Of a stretch of 64,000 nucleotides of DNA, positions 62,904-64,000 are shown one piece after another (position 1 is the stretch's first letter; every line of letters starts with the position of its first letter). The notes beneath the pieces were generated by a model. That model had not been told where the DNA came from and did no database searches. It was given only the letters and a program-made list of their open reading frames with translations. Both the position numbers and the translations under genes were made by a program. Location: the NCBI RefSeq assembly GCF_037042905.1, contig NC_087252.1:434001-498000 (forward strand). Direction: 5' to 3'. The stretch comes from Lytechinus pictus. Taxonomy: Eukaryota.

Positions 62904-64000
62904 ACTCTCTAGGAAGTAGGAGCCTCCTGGCTAGCACAGCTCAGTCAGAGACACAGTCAGACTGACACACACCTGCACAGGCGCAGCGCAGAATGAAGAC
63001 GTCAGGGGCGCAGGCACTAGCCATGCCTGGCTTGGCAGTGTACCGGCGGATCCTGTGCCTGGCAGATACGGTTCTAGGCACCAAATCTGCCGGCCGATCG
63101 TGTTCTACTCCGGCGGATTCAGTACCAAAAAGAGGCCACTCTCTTTGGAAGATATCGTTCTTGCGCTATAGCGATAACCTTCAGTCACATCCGTTACGTG
63201 GTACGTGACATGCATTTGTTGATTTATTTTATACCTATTAATTTATTGCAGTATGAAAAATCCTTCTTATCACAATTTTAGGGATAAATTTAGTATCAAT
63301 TATGATTGATACAGAGTATTTAATGAAGGCAAACAATGGCAGTTTCAATAATTAAAATCAGGATTTTGTAATAAGCTTTCTAAAGGGAAGTGTAGATAAT
63401 GATCACTGCACTGAATTCTTGATTTGCGAAATTCCAATGTATTACTATTATTCCGCCACATTTTCTCGTATATTTTGTCTATTTTCTCTCCCTTCCCTTC
63501 CTCTTTCTATTTCTCCTTTTTAGGTGCTATATCACCCACGCGTATACGCTCCAGATATATTCATGTGCCAGAAAGGTTAGGAAACTGGAGAAGAGGCAAA
63601 AGGGGCTAAATGAGCAGGGACAGAAAGAAAGGCAAAAAATAAAGAGATGAAAACCAGGAGGGGGTATAGTAAGAAAAACAAAAGATATAAAGGAGAAATT
63701 ATATTTCATTAAAGATCCCATATTGATCTTAAAATTAGATGACTGAGAGGTAAATTAGGGAGCACCAAACAGTACGTGGCGTATCTAACTTTTGTCAGGG
63801 TGAACTACCGGTCCCTTTGATTAATTCAGATTCCTTAACAAAATTTAAAAAAAAGAATATTAAAAAAATGTAAAAAAAAAAGAGAAAATAAAAATAGGCC
63901 TACAATAAACTACATAAGAAATTAATCCTGTTTTGACATTCTTTTTTTTTTTTTGTTAGAAATGTCAAATTTATGTTTTCACAAAAAATAAACATTCTAC

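Overview
Eukaryotic, AT-rich, intron- and repeat-rich genomic DNA. The repeat families and gene style suggest a marine invertebrate, probably a sea urchin or other echinoderm (inference). Most ORF-track entries are spurious or are exon fragments. Three spliced genes can be built by hand with GT-AG sites and consistent phases. (1) The 5' part of an axonemal dynein heavy chain on the minus strand: 25 coding exons between 29223 and 39, 1460 aa of tail/stem, beta-type but divergent, continuing off the left edge. (2) A small orphan secreted protein on the plus strand (38784-42761) with two paralogous exons and DGSG motifs. (3) The MYST acetyltransferase KAT7/HBO1 on the minus strand: 10 coding exons between 61993 and 49160, first exon probably beyond the right edge. 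Introns carry a 4.7-kb non-autonomous piggyBac, Kolobok-like, Tc1-like and other MITEs, two near-identical Helentron/pearl-type elements, tRNA-SINEs and LINE ends. Best leads: repeated tandem copies of 'splice acceptor + exon head' in both large genes, one copy with only synonymous changes and one giving an in-frame insert beside the KAT7 catalytic motif; a Penelope-type cluster of three minimal hammerhead-ribozyme motifs inside a large palindrome; a decayed antisense gene with triplicated 72-75 nt exons nested in a dynein intron; and two X-box-like first-exon candidates, one bracketed by about 43-bp inverted repeats.
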